DNA from: Alphaproteobacteria bacterium
Lineage (GTDB): Bacteria; Pseudomonadota; Alphaproteobacteria; Micavibrionales; UBA2020
Direction of reading: 5' to 3'
Length of the DNA stretch: 34,238 nucleotides
Assembly (NCBI GenBank): GCA_041743265.1
Contig: JBGTNC010000294.1
Span: forward strand, 1 to 34,238
Both the position numbers and the translations under genes were made by a program. Positions 8,132 through 17,414 of this stretch are shown here, piece by piece (position 1 is the first letter of the stretch; every line of letters starts with the position of its first letter). A model generated the notes under the pieces. That model ran no database searches. It had not been told where the DNA came from and saw nothing but the letters and a program-made list of their open reading frames with translations.

Positions 8132-8929
8132 ATGACACCGCAAGCCCGCCCTGTTCTGGTTATTTTTGATCTGGTCTCGACTTTGACCGATGCCGCGCCG
8201 CGCTATGTGCAGGCGTTTAAGGATGTATGCGACCTGCATGGCAAGCGCGCGCCCAGTGCCGAAGAACTGCAAGAGATGCTGGGAAACAAAAACCTCGCCG
8301 AAATTACCGAACATTTCATCGGCCCGATGGACGCCACACAAAAAAAACAATTCATGGCTGAATGCAATCATGCCTGCGATGCTTTGCTGACGCAGCCGAC
8401 ATGGACAGAAAATTTATACCCGCATGTGAAAGAGGCGATTGAAACACTGTCGCTGCGCGGTGTGACGCTGGGGATTTATACGGGCACCCGCGAAGACGCG
8501 TTGGAAGCGCAACTGGCCTATCATGATATAGGTGATTTTTTTAACCGCAGTTTTGTACGCGGTAAAGACAATGCGCGGGATGCCGGCCAGAATAACCGCG
8601 ATTTAAAAGCAAAACAGCTGCGCGATATTGTGCAGGCGTTTCGCACGCAGGTAAAAAACTCGCAAGCACAGGTGATTGTGATTGGTGATTCAAAGGTAGA
8701 TGCGCAAGCTGCCGCGGATGACGGTTTGTTATTTGTAGGTTTTGCCGCCGATGATGCGAAGCGCGATAAAATGCAAAAAGCAGGCGTTGTAAACATCATG
8801 CGTGATTTTGGCGATCTGCCGGATCTGGTGGAGCGTTTGATCCGCCCTTGTACGAATGATAATGAACCAGCACCGCAACAGGGCGCCAAGCCCCGCCCAG
8901 CCGGCGGGCGCGGCATGAAGCCGTCCTGA
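8132..8929 (+). CDS. HAD-superfamily hydrolase with atypical motif I
   Basis: The ATG at 8132 is preceded by GGAGG (8123-8127). Motif I is VIFDLVSTLTD, so the second Asp of DxD is replaced by Val, as in dehalogenase-like rather than phosphatase-like HADs. The later G-DS-VD motif is VIGDSKVDAQAA. The C-terminal tail is basic and Pro-rich. Confidence 0.8.
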   Translation: MTPQARPVLVIFDLVSTLTDAAPRYVQAFKDVCDLHGKRAPSAEELQEMLGNKNLAEITEHFIGPMDATQKKQFMAECNHACDALLTQPTWTENLYPHVKEAIETLSLRGVTLGIYTGTREDALEAQLAYHDIGDFFNRSFVRGKDNARDAGQNNRDLKAKQLRDIVQAFRTQVKNSQAQVIVIGDSKVDAQAAADDGLLFVGFAADDAKRDKMQKAGVVNIMRDFGDLPDLVERLIRPCTNDNEPAPQQGAKPRPAGGRGMKPS

Positions 8930-9028
8930 CCAATCGCGCAAAAGTTTAATTTTCGCGCAGGTTTAAATTTTAAGTTGCATTTGATAGCCCGAATCGTGCA
9001 TTATTTCCGTAATGTAAAGCATCTCACA

Positions 9029-9316
9029 ATGGAGGAATTCTTGAAAACAAAGGCTTTTCAACAAAAACTGACTGCTGCGCGTGATTTTGCAGCCGTTGCC
9101 CTTTTTACCGGTGCGTCTATTTTTTACTACCACGCCAGCGCACCTGAACCTGCAACGCAAGGTCCTGCTACGCCTGCGGCCAATCATGCTTTTGTCGATG
9201 GTAACCCCATTCGCTTGCATTGGCTGACATCTGCTTTTAAGCAAGACACAACCACACAAACACCGGCCCAAAAATCAGCTTTTCTGGATGGTAAACCGAT
9301 CCGTCTTGCACGCTGA
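9029..9316 (+). CDS. Small hypothetical membrane or secreted protein with an internal AF(V/L)DG(N/K)PIRL repeat
   Basis: It has one hydrophobic helix (FAAVALFTGASIFYY) and two copies of AFVDGNPIRL / AFLDGKPIRL. The start is uncertain: ATG at 9029, or TTG at 9041, which sits 5 nt after GGAGG. An intrinsic terminator follows. Confidence 0.5.
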   Translation: MEEFLKTKAFQQKLTAARDFAAVALFTGASIFYYHASAPEPATQGPATPAANHAFVDGNPIRLHWLTSAFKQDTTTQTPAQKSAFLDGKPIRLAR

Positions 9317-9334
9317 TAAGTATGAATGAAACGG

Positions 9335-9373
9335 GCCGCTGCCTTGATGTTAAAATCAGGGCGGCGGCTTTTT
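9335..9373 (+). terminator. Rho-independent terminator
   Basis: A 9-bp stem pairs GCCGCTGCC (9335-9343) with GGCGGCGGC (9360-9368), including one G-U pair, around a 16-nt loop. TTTTT follows at 9369-9373. Confidence 0.7.
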
Positions 9374-9392
9374 ATATGCCGTGCCGTGGTTT

Positions 9393-9986
9393 TTACATGG
9401 CGGCGCTGATAAAGCTGCCGGGGTTCAGATAATCGAAGACTGTTTTACTGGATTTTTCATTCACAACACCGCCCGCCAGAAACGGTTTTTGATAGAGTTG
9501 TCCGTTTTTGAAGATCAGGCTGATCTCGTAATCATAGCCTTTTTCATCTGTCTGAATACGAATGAGCGATGAAAACCCGTGCTTACGCTTCACGCGTTTA
9601 TAAGCAATGCGATATCCTTCCAGCGAATTCAGGAATTGCATGATGTCTTCTCCGGTGCGGAAGTGGATAGGAATACCCGCGTCTTTACCGCCGAACAATG
9701 TGCCCACAATTTCGCCACGATCAAGGCGGCGGAAATCGCGTTCTACGCGCCCCAGTCTTGCGAAGACTTCCGGTTTGCTCATGCCGGGCTCCAGGCTGTC
9801 GACCCATTCTTTCAGATTGGCGTTGGAATCGTAGAGGCTGTCGTTCACAGCATCTGACCCACCGGGGAGGCTACCTGCACAGCCACTCACCGAGAGGGTC
9901 ATGATCAAGGCGAAGCTGAACGCAAGCAGGGGGCGTATATATTTCTTGTGGCGAAAAGATGTAAATACGGACATGGCAATGGCCAA
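9393..9986 (-). CDS. Hypothetical lipoprotein
   Basis: The signal peptide carries a lipobox ...ALIMTLSVSGC-AGS. The TTG start at 9986 lies 9 nt downstream of GGAGG. I recognised no other family. Confidence 0.7.
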   Translation of the reverse strand: MAIAMSVFTSFRHKKYIRPLLAFSFALIMTLSVSGCAGSLPGGSDAVNDSLYDSNANLKEWVDSLEPGMSKPEVFARLGRVERDFRRLDRGEIVGTLFGGKDAGIPIHFRTGEDIMQFLNSLEGYRIAYKRVKRKHGFSSLIRIQTDEKGYDYEISLIFKNGQLYQKPFLAGGVVNEKSSKTVFDYLNPGSFISAAM

Positions 9987-10122
9987 ACGGCTTGTTCCTC
10001 CCTAAGTGACTGATTATATTTTATCGTGAAAAATCAAATAATTCATTAACATGCCAGCAAATATTGCAGCTTGCGCAGTTTCTGTGCCTTTGCTGCGCTG
10101 CGGTATGGGGCATGGAAAGAAT

Positions 10123-11445
10123 CTATTCCAGAAACTCTTCTTTATCCGGAATGCGGGTAAAGGCGATTTTGGTGCCGGAGAAGCTGCGGCCTTCTTGTGG
10201 CAACATGCCGAGAGCCACGGTATCCCGCCCGAATTTTTTATTCAGCTTGTCCATGGCTTCGGAAATTTTCTCGCGCTTATCCTGTCCACGTTGCTCTACG
10301 GGGGTACTCAGCGCGGCGAATAAATCTGGCTGCACATTCAGTTTGGCATTTTCTGTCAGGTCAGAGAGCGTAATGGATATTTTTTTGATCCGCTGCCGCC
10401 CGATGTGGCTTTTTAAAACTTGCCACATTTCTTCCAACAGGCATGAGAACGTAAAACTGTCATCAGCGGGTTGGCAAGGCGCGCGTGCGGCCAGTTTGGG
10501 GCCGTTCTCAATGCGCACTGACAGATCCAGCACGCCTGCGTGATATTCCATGCGGCGTAACCGGCTGGCAGCTTTTAACACAAGACGTTTGGCGACCAGA
10601 AAGGCTTGATCCGGCGGGCGCAGGGCGGGGGCCAGTACATGGCTATGTCCAATGCTGCGCCGTTCTGTTTTTTCTTCCGGCAGTTCAATGCCGCGCAGCA
10701 GATACCACATTTTTTCACCCCAGATACTGCCCCAGACCGCACGCAGATGTTTGGGGGCAAAGCCGAACAATTGTTCGACAGTGCGGATACCCTGTGAATG
10801 CAGGCGTTTTTCCATGTTGTGGCCAATGCCGGGCAGGTCACGTAAATCCAGCGTAAACAGGCGTTGCGGCAAATTGTGACTGTCCAAAATGGTAAAGCCA
10901 TCCGGTTTTTGCAGGTCAGTTGCAACCTTTGCCAGATATTTGTTGGAAGATACGCCGATAGAACAGCGCAAGTAAGCCCCGACATTTTGTGCAATGCCTT
11001 GCTTGATCTGTTGCGCGATTTCTGTGATGCGTGCCACGGATGTTTCATTGCTCATCAAACGGCAGGCCATTTCATCAATCGAGCAAACAGCGCTGACGGG
11101 AATATGCCGATCAATCTCATCCAGCAGGCGTTCATGGTATTCGACATATTTTTCATGCTGGCCTTCGACACAAATAATATCCGGACATATTTTTTTGGCC
11201 TCATAGACGGGCGTTCCGGTTTTAATGCCGAGTGCTTTCGCTTCGTAACTGGCGGCAATAGCGCTGGTGGAATCGCTTGCTACGGGGGTGACAATCACGG
11301 GTTTGCCGCGCAGAGCGGGGTTGAGCTGTTGTTCCACACTTGCGAAGTAGCTATTGAAATCCACATAGAGCCAGCGCAAACCGCCGGCGGGGCTGGCAGC
11401 GTGCGGTGTGTCACTTTGTGGTGGAGAATCAAAAGAATGGAACAT
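10123..11445 (-). CDS. Y-family DNA polymerase (DinB/UmuC-like translesion polymerase)
   Basis: Catalytic motifs are present: WLYVDFNSYFASVEQ and CSIDEMACRL. The LPGIG helix-hairpin-helix segment (LRDLPGIGHNMEKRL) is also present. 440 aa. Confidence 0.9.
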   Translation of the reverse strand: MFHSFDSPPQSDTPHAASPAGGLRWLYVDFNSYFASVEQQLNPALRGKPVIVTPVASDSTSAIAASYEAKALGIKTGTPVYEAKKICPDIICVEGQHEKYVEYHERLLDEIDRHIPVSAVCSIDEMACRLMSNETSVARITEIAQQIKQGIAQNVGAYLRCSIGVSSNKYLAKVATDLQKPDGFTILDSHNLPQRLFTLDLRDLPGIGHNMEKRLHSQGIRTVEQLFGFAPKHLRAVWGSIWGEKMWYLLRGIELPEEKTERRSIGHSHVLAPALRPPDQAFLVAKRLVLKAASRLRRMEYHAGVLDLSVRIENGPKLAARAPCQPADDSFTFSCLLEEMWQVLKSHIGRQRIKKISITLSDLTENAKLNVQPDLFAALSTPVEQRGQDKREKISEAMDKLNKKFGRDTVALGMLPQEGRSFSGTKIAFTRIPDKEEFLE

Positions 11446-11484
11446 GGTTGATCTTTCACAGCTTTTTAAGCGGTTTGATCTTCT

Positions 11485-11518
11485 TATGTTCTATTTGTAG
11501 ACTATATATGTTCTATTT
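11485..11518. promoter_or_regulatory. Two perfect 12-bp direct repeats (TATGTTCTATTT) offset by 22 bp, 40-73 nt upstream of the Y-family polymerase start; candidate operator
   Basis: The copies are at 11485-11496 and 11507-11518, read directly. Each contains GTTC, the half-site of the alphaproteobacterial LexA box, but the spacing is not the canonical N7. Confidence 0.4.
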
Positions 11519-11530
11519 TCAAGGGGGCCG

Positions 11531-13438
11531 TTAAGCGGCAGGCTTTGGCTTTTTGCTACGGGTTTTGGGGGCTGCCTTTGGCGCTGCTTTCTTTTGCGCG
11601 TCCAGATGCGTTTCGATCAGGCGCAGCATGGTGCCGTATTCATGGTCGGGGCCGAATTGCTTAACCAGTCTGCGTGCTTCATCCAGGCAGTTACCGGTAT
11701 GATGTTCTTCTTTGCCACCGCTCCATGTTTGTGTGTAATCGAAATGTTTTTCAGGATCGAAGCCATGTTTCAGCAACAGCTTCACACCTTCAATCTGGCG
11801 CAGGTGTAAACAGTGGTGCATCGCGGTTTCGCCTTTAGCATCTGTATCATGCGGATCAGCGCCTGCTTGCAGGACTTTTTCCGCAAAGGCGAGTGCATGA
11901 TAACGCACAGCGAAATATAACAGGCTGTCGCCCTTTTGCGGGCCATTGTAACTGGCGGTTGCTTTTGCATGCGGGTCTGCCCCGGCATCCAGCAGTATTT
12001 GTGCGATGTCGGCATTGTGCGCGTTTGATGAATTCACAAGCGCGAACAACGGTGGGTTACGACGCTCAATGTCCGGGTTTTGACTGCTCTTGTCATCGTC
12101 ATCATCATTGTCGTTGTCCGCTTTTTCCGGACGAGCAGGAATGGGTTCTTCTTTAATAACATCTGCACCATTGTGGATAAGCGTTCTGGTCATGTCGACA
12201 TCACGCACCGACACGGCTTCGCTCAAGGCGGTTGCGCCGGAGTAACTGCGCATATTCACAAAGGCGCCAAGGTCGATCAGATCATGCGCCAAAAGATACG
12301 CACCCTTGCGCCCGGCGGCACGCATCAACGGTGTTTTACCGTCTTCTCCGGCACGTTGGTTGATGCTGTCCGCACCTTCTGTGTCCAAAATGTACAGGGC
12401 AATATCAGCCGCGTTATTCATGCAGGCATAATGCAGGGGGGGCAGGTGGTACTGCGTATCTGGCTTTAAAATATCCGCGCCGAAGTGGTGCAGTTCTTCA
12501 AATAGCCATGTGCTTTTGTAAACAGCGGCCCAATGTGCGGCGGATTTTCCATCCGGCCCCACAGCATTGGGGTCAGCCCCGGCTTCTAACAGGGCGGCAA
12601 CATAGCCCGGGTGGCAGCTTTGATAGCTGGCGGCGTAGCACAACAGCGGTGTATCTTTTTGAGAGCCGCACAGCTGGTGTACGTCGGGAAATGTTGTGGC
12701 TTCATCAGCGCCCATTTCAATCAGTAGCTTTTCAACAACCGGCCATTTCAACGCCCGTGCAAGTGCAAGCGGGGTGAGACCTTGATGATCCGGTTTATTT
12801 GGATCAGCACCTTCGGTCTTCAGGATATGTTTGATAGCGGTAAAGTCTTTACCTTCCATGATCACGGACAACAGGCGCGTCGTGCCTGTTTGGGGGTCGA
12901 TGATTTCATTGGGGTCAGGATTTTGTGGATCCAGCCATGCGCCTTCTTTAACAAGCTGGCGGGCAACATAGGGCCATTTGCGATTTACAGCAGCTTGGAG
13001 CGGTGTGATGCCAGATGCGTTTGGCAAATTAACATCGCCACCATTGCTGATGATGGTAAACAAGATGGCGTAGCTATGCGCATTTTTAATGTAATAGGTC
13101 AGGGCGGTTTCACGTTCCAGTTCTTGCTGGAAGGTAGAATTATGTACGCCTTTGAAAACGGGCGGAGCGTTCGGATCCCCTTCATAGGCGGGCGGCTTCG
13201 CGCCCACTTGCAGCAAAATTCTTGCGCTCATCCAGTCATTACGCTCAACGGCGATATCCATGGGGGTGCGGCCCGTTGCATCTGGTGTATGCGGGTTGGC
13301 GCCAGCACGCAGCATGGCGTGGATTTTTTGAAAAGAGGCCCCCGCGTCTAATGCTTGTACCAATACGGGCCCTGCATTCTTTGCAAAGTCTTGTTGGCGT
13401 GTATTTGTGGAGCTGGTGTTATGGGGCTGTGTCATCAA
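11531..13438 (-). CDS. Ankyrin-repeat protein (~10 ANK repeats) with an acidic linker and a basic C-terminal tail
   Basis: The repeat signature G-TPL..A.......V..LL..GAD.N recurs many times, for example GRTPMDIAVERNDWMSARILLQVGAKP, GITPLQAAVNRKWPYVARQLVKEGAWLDP, GLTPLALARALKWPVVEKLLIEMGAD and GKTPLMRAAGRKGAYLLAHDLIDLGAFVN. It has a poly-acidic stretch DNDNDDDDDK and the tail KKAAPKAAPKTRSKKPKPAA. Confidence 0.9.
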   Translation of the reverse strand: MMTQPHNTSSTNTRQQDFAKNAGPVLVQALDAGASFQKIHAMLRAGANPHTPDATGRTPMDIAVERNDWMSARILLQVGAKPPAYEGDPNAPPVFKGVHNSTFQQELERETALTYYIKNAHSYAILFTIISNGGDVNLPNASGITPLQAAVNRKWPYVARQLVKEGAWLDPQNPDPNEIIDPQTGTTRLLSVIMEGKDFTAIKHILKTEGADPNKPDHQGLTPLALARALKWPVVEKLLIEMGADEATTFPDVHQLCGSQKDTPLLCYAASYQSCHPGYVAALLEAGADPNAVGPDGKSAAHWAAVYKSTWLFEELHHFGADILKPDTQYHLPPLHYACMNNAADIALYILDTEGADSINQRAGEDGKTPLMRAAGRKGAYLLAHDLIDLGAFVNMRSYSGATALSEAVSVRDVDMTRTLIHNGADVIKEEPIPARPEKADNDNDDDDDKSSQNPDIERRNPPLFALVNSSNAHNADIAQILLDAGADPHAKATASYNGPQKGDSLLYFAVRYHALAFAEKVLQAGADPHDTDAKGETAMHHCLHLRQIEGVKLLLKHGFDPEKHFDYTQTWSGGKEEHHTGNCLDEARRLVKQFGPDHEYGTMLRLIETHLDAQKKAAPKAAPKTRSKKPKPAA

Positions 13439-13667
13439 ATCATCCGTGTTGTGGGCCGGGCCCCACTATAAACAGACTGACTATATATGGCAATTATATT
13501 ATGTTATTCGACTGTTAAAGTATAAGTGGATGAAACATAAGAGGAAAAAGAGGGGTGACGCAGCTGGCCCTAAAATGGCATCTTACAGACAATAACAAGC
13601 AGGCAGCAGGGGGTGTTTCCGTCGGTGCCTGACCTTGATAAAAAACAGACCGACAGGACAGTATTTT

Positions 13668-16600
13668 ATGACGACAGCCGCCGCCCGTTCCGCCGCTTTT
13701 TACGCCGCGCTCCAATCCCGTATTCTGGTGCTGGATGGTGCGATGGGGACGATGATTCAGGGTTATACGCCCAGCGAAGAACAGTATCGCGGCACCCGCT
13801 TTGCCGATTGGTCGCAAGACCTGAAGGGCAATAACGATCTGCTGACCCTGACGCAACCGCAGATTATTGAAGAAATCCACGCGGCCTATCTCGCGGCAGG
13901 TGCCGATATCATCCAGACCAACACATTTAACGCCAACCGCATTTCCATGGCGGATTACGCGATGGAAGAATTGTCGTTTGAGCTTAACCGCGAAGCTGCA
14001 AGCCTTGCGCGTCGGGTGGCAGATCAAGCCGCAACGCTGGATAAGCCACGTTTTGTGGCGGGCAGTTTGGGCCCCACCAACCGCACGGCATCCATGTCAC
14101 CCGATGTGAATAACCCCGGTGCGCGTAATGTGACTTTCGACCGCTTGGTCGAAGCGTATTACGAAGCGGTGGATGGCCTGGTCGCAGGTGGTGCGGATTT
14201 ACTGATGATCGAAACGATTTTCGATACGCTGAATGCCAAGGCCGCTATTTTTGCTGTAGAAAAATATTTCGACGATCATGCGATGCGCATGCCGTTGATT
14301 ATTTCCGGCACCATCACCGATGCTTCGGGCCGCACTCTTTCTGGTCAGACAACAGAAGCCTTCTGGCATTCTGTGCGCCACGCAAGACCTGTTTGCGTGG
14401 GGCTCAACTGTGCGCTGGGCCCCAAAGAGCTGCGCCAGTATGTTGAAACACTCTCGCGGATTGCCGATACGCATATCTGTGTCTATCCCAATGCTGGCCT
14501 GCCAAATGCTTTCGGTGGCTATGATGAATCGCCTGAAGAAATGATTGCCGAAATGCGTGAGTGGATCGGCAGCGGGTTTGTGAATGTGATTGGTGGTTGC
14601 TGCGGCACCACGCCTGCCCATATCGGCGTTTTTGCCGAAGCGGTGAAAGGTTTGGCCCCGCGCGCAATCCCTGATATTCCCAAGGCCTGCCGTCTGTCGG
14701 GGCTTGAACCGTTTGTGATTGATGAAAATTCACTTTTCGTCAACGTGGGTGAACGCACGAACGTGACAGGTTCCATTAAATTCAAACGTTTGGTGAAAGA
14801 GGGCAATTTTGACGAAGCCCTGAGCGTTGCCCGCGAACAAGTCGAAAGCGGTGCGCAGATCATTGACATCAACATGGACGAAGGCTTGATTGACGCCAAA
14901 GCGGCCATGGAAACCTTCCTGAATCTGATTGCAGGGGAGCCAGATATTGCCCGCGTGCCGGTGATGATTGACTCATCCAAATGGGAAGTCATCGAAGCGG
15001 GTCTGAAATGCGTGCAGGGCAAAAGCATCGTCAATTCCATCAGTATGAAAGAGGGCGAAGAGGCCTTTATTGCGCAAGCCAAACTGGTGATGCGCTATGG
15101 CGCGGCTGTAGTCGTGATGGCTTTTGATGAACAGGGCCAAGCCGATACGATTGCGCGTAAAGTCGATATTTGCACACGCGCTTATAAAGTATTGACGGAA
15201 AAAGTGGGCTTTCCGCCCGAAGATATTATTTTCGATCCGAATATTTTCGCGATTGCGACGGGGATTGAAGAGCATAACAATTACGGCGTCGATTTTATCG
15301 AAGCCACACGCCAGATCAAAAAAACGCTGCCCCATGCGCTCATCAGCGGTGGTGTGTCCAACGTGTCTTTTGCCCTGCGTGGCAATAACGTGGTGCGCGA
15401 AGCGGTGAATGCCGTGTTCTTGTACCATGCCACGCGTGCGGGGCTGGATATGGGGATTGTGAACGCAGGCCAGTTGGCGATTTACGATGATATTCCGGCA
15501 GAACTGCGCGATGTGGTGGAAGATGTGATTTTGAACCGCAGGCCCGATGCCACGGAATCCTTGCTGGTCTTGTCCGATAAATACCGCGACAGCGGCAAAG
15601 CCGTTGAAAAAGTAGATGCCGAATGGCGCAGCCATGATGTTGAAAAACGTCTTGAATATGCGCTTGTTAAAGGTATTACCGATTTTATCGAAGCCGATAC
15701 AGAAGAGGCACGCCAACGATCCCCCCGTGCACTGGACGTGATCGAGGGCCCTTTGATGTCCGGCATGAATGTGGTCGGTGATTTGTTTGGTGCAGGCAAA
15801 ATGTTTTTGCCGCAGGTGGTCAAATCTGCTCGTGTGATGAAACGTGCGGTTGCGCATCTGTTGCCTTATATGGAGGCAGAAAAAGACACCAAAGCCAAAA
15901 GTGCGGGCCGTATTCTGATGGCTACCGTCAAAGGCGATGTGCATGACATTGGCAAAAATATTGTGGGCATTGTTTTCCAGTGTAATGGCTATGAGGTCAT
16001 TGACCTTGGCGTCATGGTATCGTGCGAGAAAATTTTACAAACGGCCAAGGCTGAAAATGTCGATATCATCGGCCTGTCCGGCCTGATTACGCCGTCTTTG
16101 GAAGAAATGGCCCATGTCGCGAGCGAGATGAAACGGCAAGGCTTTACAATCCCGCTGCTCATCGGTGGGGCCACAACATCGGAAATTCATACGGCTGTTA
16201 AAATTGCACCGCACTACGATCATCCTGTCATTTATGTGCCAGATGCTTCGCGTGCAGTCGGCGTTGTCAGTGCGTTGTTGAGTGATACGCAGCGCGAGGA
16301 TTATGTGGCGGGCATTGCCGAAAAATACGCCGCCGCACGAGAGCGTTTTGCCAATAAAAACCCGAATAAAAAACTGATCCCTTTTGCGGAAGCGCAAGCG
16401 AATGCTTTCCGCCCTGATTTTTCCAGCTATACGCCCCCTGTGCCAAAACAGCCGGGCCTGCATGTGTTTAACGATGTAACGTTCGAAACGCTGCGTCCTT
16501 ATATCGATTGGTCCCCCTTCTTTTATACATGGGGGTTGATGATGAAATACCCGCGTATTTTGGAAGATAACAAGTTTGGCGAAGAAGCCACCAAACTTTA

Positions 16601-17345
16601 TGCCGATGCGCAGAAAATGATTGATTTGTTTATTACCGATGGCCGTTTGCGCCCGCGCGGCGTTGTCGGTTTGTTTCCGGCAGCGCGTGATGGTGAGGAT
16701 ATTATCGTTTATAGCGATGAAACGCGCACGCAGGAATGGCAACGTATTTACGGGATGCGCCAGCAAATTCGGAAAGACAAGAACAAAGCCAATTACTGTC
16801 TGTCAGACTTTATTGCGCCTGCGGGCAGCGGCATTGCCGATTATGTCGGCAGCTTCGCCGTGACATCGGGCGACGGGTTAGAGGTTTTGGTCAAAGAATT
16901 TGAAGACAATCACGATACCTATAACAGCATGATGGCAAAAGCAGTGGCAGATCGTTTTGCCGAAGCCTTCGCCGAATACATGCATGCCCAGGTGCGTAAA
17001 AATCTTTGGGGCTATGCCGCAGATGAAACGCTGGATGTGGACGGGATGATCGAAGAAAGCTATCGCGGTATCCGACCTGCACCGGGCTATCCTGCCAATC
17101 CGGATCATACGCAAAAAGAAACGCTTTGGGCCTTGATGGATGTCGAGAAAAATACCGGCATTCAATTGACCGAGAGCCTTGCCATGTGGCCAGCGTCTTC
17201 GGTCAGCGGTTGGTATTTTGCGCATCCCGATAGCTATTATTTTGGTGTGAACGTGATTGGCCGTGACCAGCTGGAAAATTACGCCCAGCGCCGCGGCATA
17301 GATATCGCAGAAGCTGAAAAGTGGATGGCACCGATTTTGGATTGA
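13668..17345 (+). CDS. metH: Cobalamin-dependent methionine synthase
   Basis: All modules can be read in order: the Hcy-binding module ([12 protein letters not shown]...GGCCGTTP), the pterin-binding module, the B12-binding motif ([15 protein letters not shown]...[10 protein letters not shown]) and the AdoMet activation domain (...[10 protein letters not shown]...). The start is the ATG at 13668; the track ORF begins 11 codons earlier at a non-ATG codon. Confidence 0.97.
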   Translation: MTTAAARSAAFYAALQSRILVLDGAMGTMIQGYTPSEEQYRGTRFADWSQDLKGNNDLLTLTQPQIIEEIHAAYLAAGADIIQTNTFNANRISMADYAMEELSFELNREAASLARRVADQAATLDKPRFVAGSLGPTNRTASMSPDVNNPGARNVTFDRLVEAYYEAVDGLVAGGADLLMIETIFDTLNAKAAIFAVEKYFDDHAMRMPLIISGTITDASGRTLSGQTTEAFWHSVRHARPVCVGLNCALGPKELRQYVETLSRIADTHICVYPNAGLPNAFGGYDESPEEMIAEMREWIGSGFVNVIGGCCGTTPAHIGVFAEAVKGLAPRAIPDIPKACRLSGLEPFVIDENSLFVNVGERTNVTGSIKFKRLVKEGNFDEALSVAREQVESGAQIIDINMDEGLIDAKAAMETFLNLIAGEPDIARVPVMIDSSKWEVIEAGLKCVQGKSIVNSISMKEGEEAFIAQAKLVMRYGAAVVVMAFDEQGQADTIARKVDICTRAYKVLTEKVGFPPEDIIFDPNIFAIATGIEEHNNYGVDFIEATRQIKKTLPHALISGGVSNVSFALRGNNVVREAVNAVFLYHATRAGLDMGIVNAGQLAIYDDIPAELRDVVEDVILNRRPDATESLLVLSDKYRDSGKAVEKVDAEWRSHDVEKRLEYALVKGITDFIEADTEEARQRSPRALDVIEGPLMSGMNVVGDLFGAGKMFLPQVVKSARVMKRAVAHLLPYMEAEKDTKAKSAGRILMATVKGDVHDIGKNIVGIVFQCNGYEVIDLGVMVSCEKILQTAKAENVDIIGLSGLITPSLEEMAHVASEMKRQGFTIPLLIGGATTSEIHTAVKIAPHYDHPVIYVPDASRAVGVVSALLSDTQREDYVAGIAEKYAAARERFANKNPNKKLIPFAEAQANAFRPDFSSYTPPVPKQPGLHVFNDVTFETLRPYIDWSPFFYTWGLMMKYPRILEDNKFGEEATKLYADAQKMIDLFITDGRLRPRGVVGLFPAARDGEDIIVYSDETRTQEWQRIYGMRQQIRKDKNKANYCLSDFIAPAGSGIADYVGSFAVTSGDGLEVLVKEFEDNHDTYNSMMAKAVADRFAEAFAEYMHAQVRKNLWGYAADETLDVDGMIEESYRGIRPAPGYPANPDHTQKETLWALMDVEKNTGIQLTESLAMWPASSVSGWYFAHPDSYYFGVNVIGRDQLENYAQRRGIDIAEAEKWMAPILD

Positions 17346-17347
17346 TA

Positions 17348-17370
17348 AAGCCATTATTTAACAATGGCTT
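17348..17370 (+). terminator. 8-bp hairpin (AAGCCATT, 7-nt loop, AATGGCTT) immediately after the metH stop; possible weak terminator
   Basis: The arms are 17348-17355 and 17363-17370. No strong U-tract follows directly; a TTTTTT run lies about 25 nt downstream. Confidence 0.35.
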
Positions 17371-17414
17371 GCTGGTATTGAACCGTCTTAAGGTTTTTTC
17401 AACTTTAACATAGT

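Noticed and set aside
8006-8371. N-terminal 122-aa extension of the asparaginase ORF (track ORF 7016..8371)
   Set aside because: The extension has no family similarity and overlaps the divergent HAD gene and its promoter region. The family-typical N-terminus begins right after the ATG at 8005.
11485-11518. Canonical alphaproteobacterial LexA box (GTTC-N7-GTTC) upstream of the Y-family polymerase
   Set aside because: The two GTTC cores are 18 nt apart. The N7 positions read AGAC or GTCT rather than GTTC, so I report the site only as a non-canonical repeat.
10864-13351. Antisense + strand ORFs (10864..11451, 12782..13351 and smaller ones) opposite the polymerase and ankyrin genes
   Set aside because: These are shadow ORFs opposite genes with clear catalytic or repeat motifs.
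13439-13667. Possible riboswitch (cobalamin or SAM) in the 229-nt leader upstream of metH
   Set aside because: I found no B12-box-like element and no SAM-II-like pseudoknot signature by eye, only a weak 6-bp hairpin (GTCGGT / ACCGAC). The region is also a divergent promoter spacer. A covariance-model scan would be needed to exclude a riboswitch.
14973-15944. 323-aa minus-strand ORF inside metH, plus several smaller antisense ORFs in metH
   Set aside because: The metH frame is unambiguous across all its domains. The antisense products are His/Arg/Phe-rich with no motifs.
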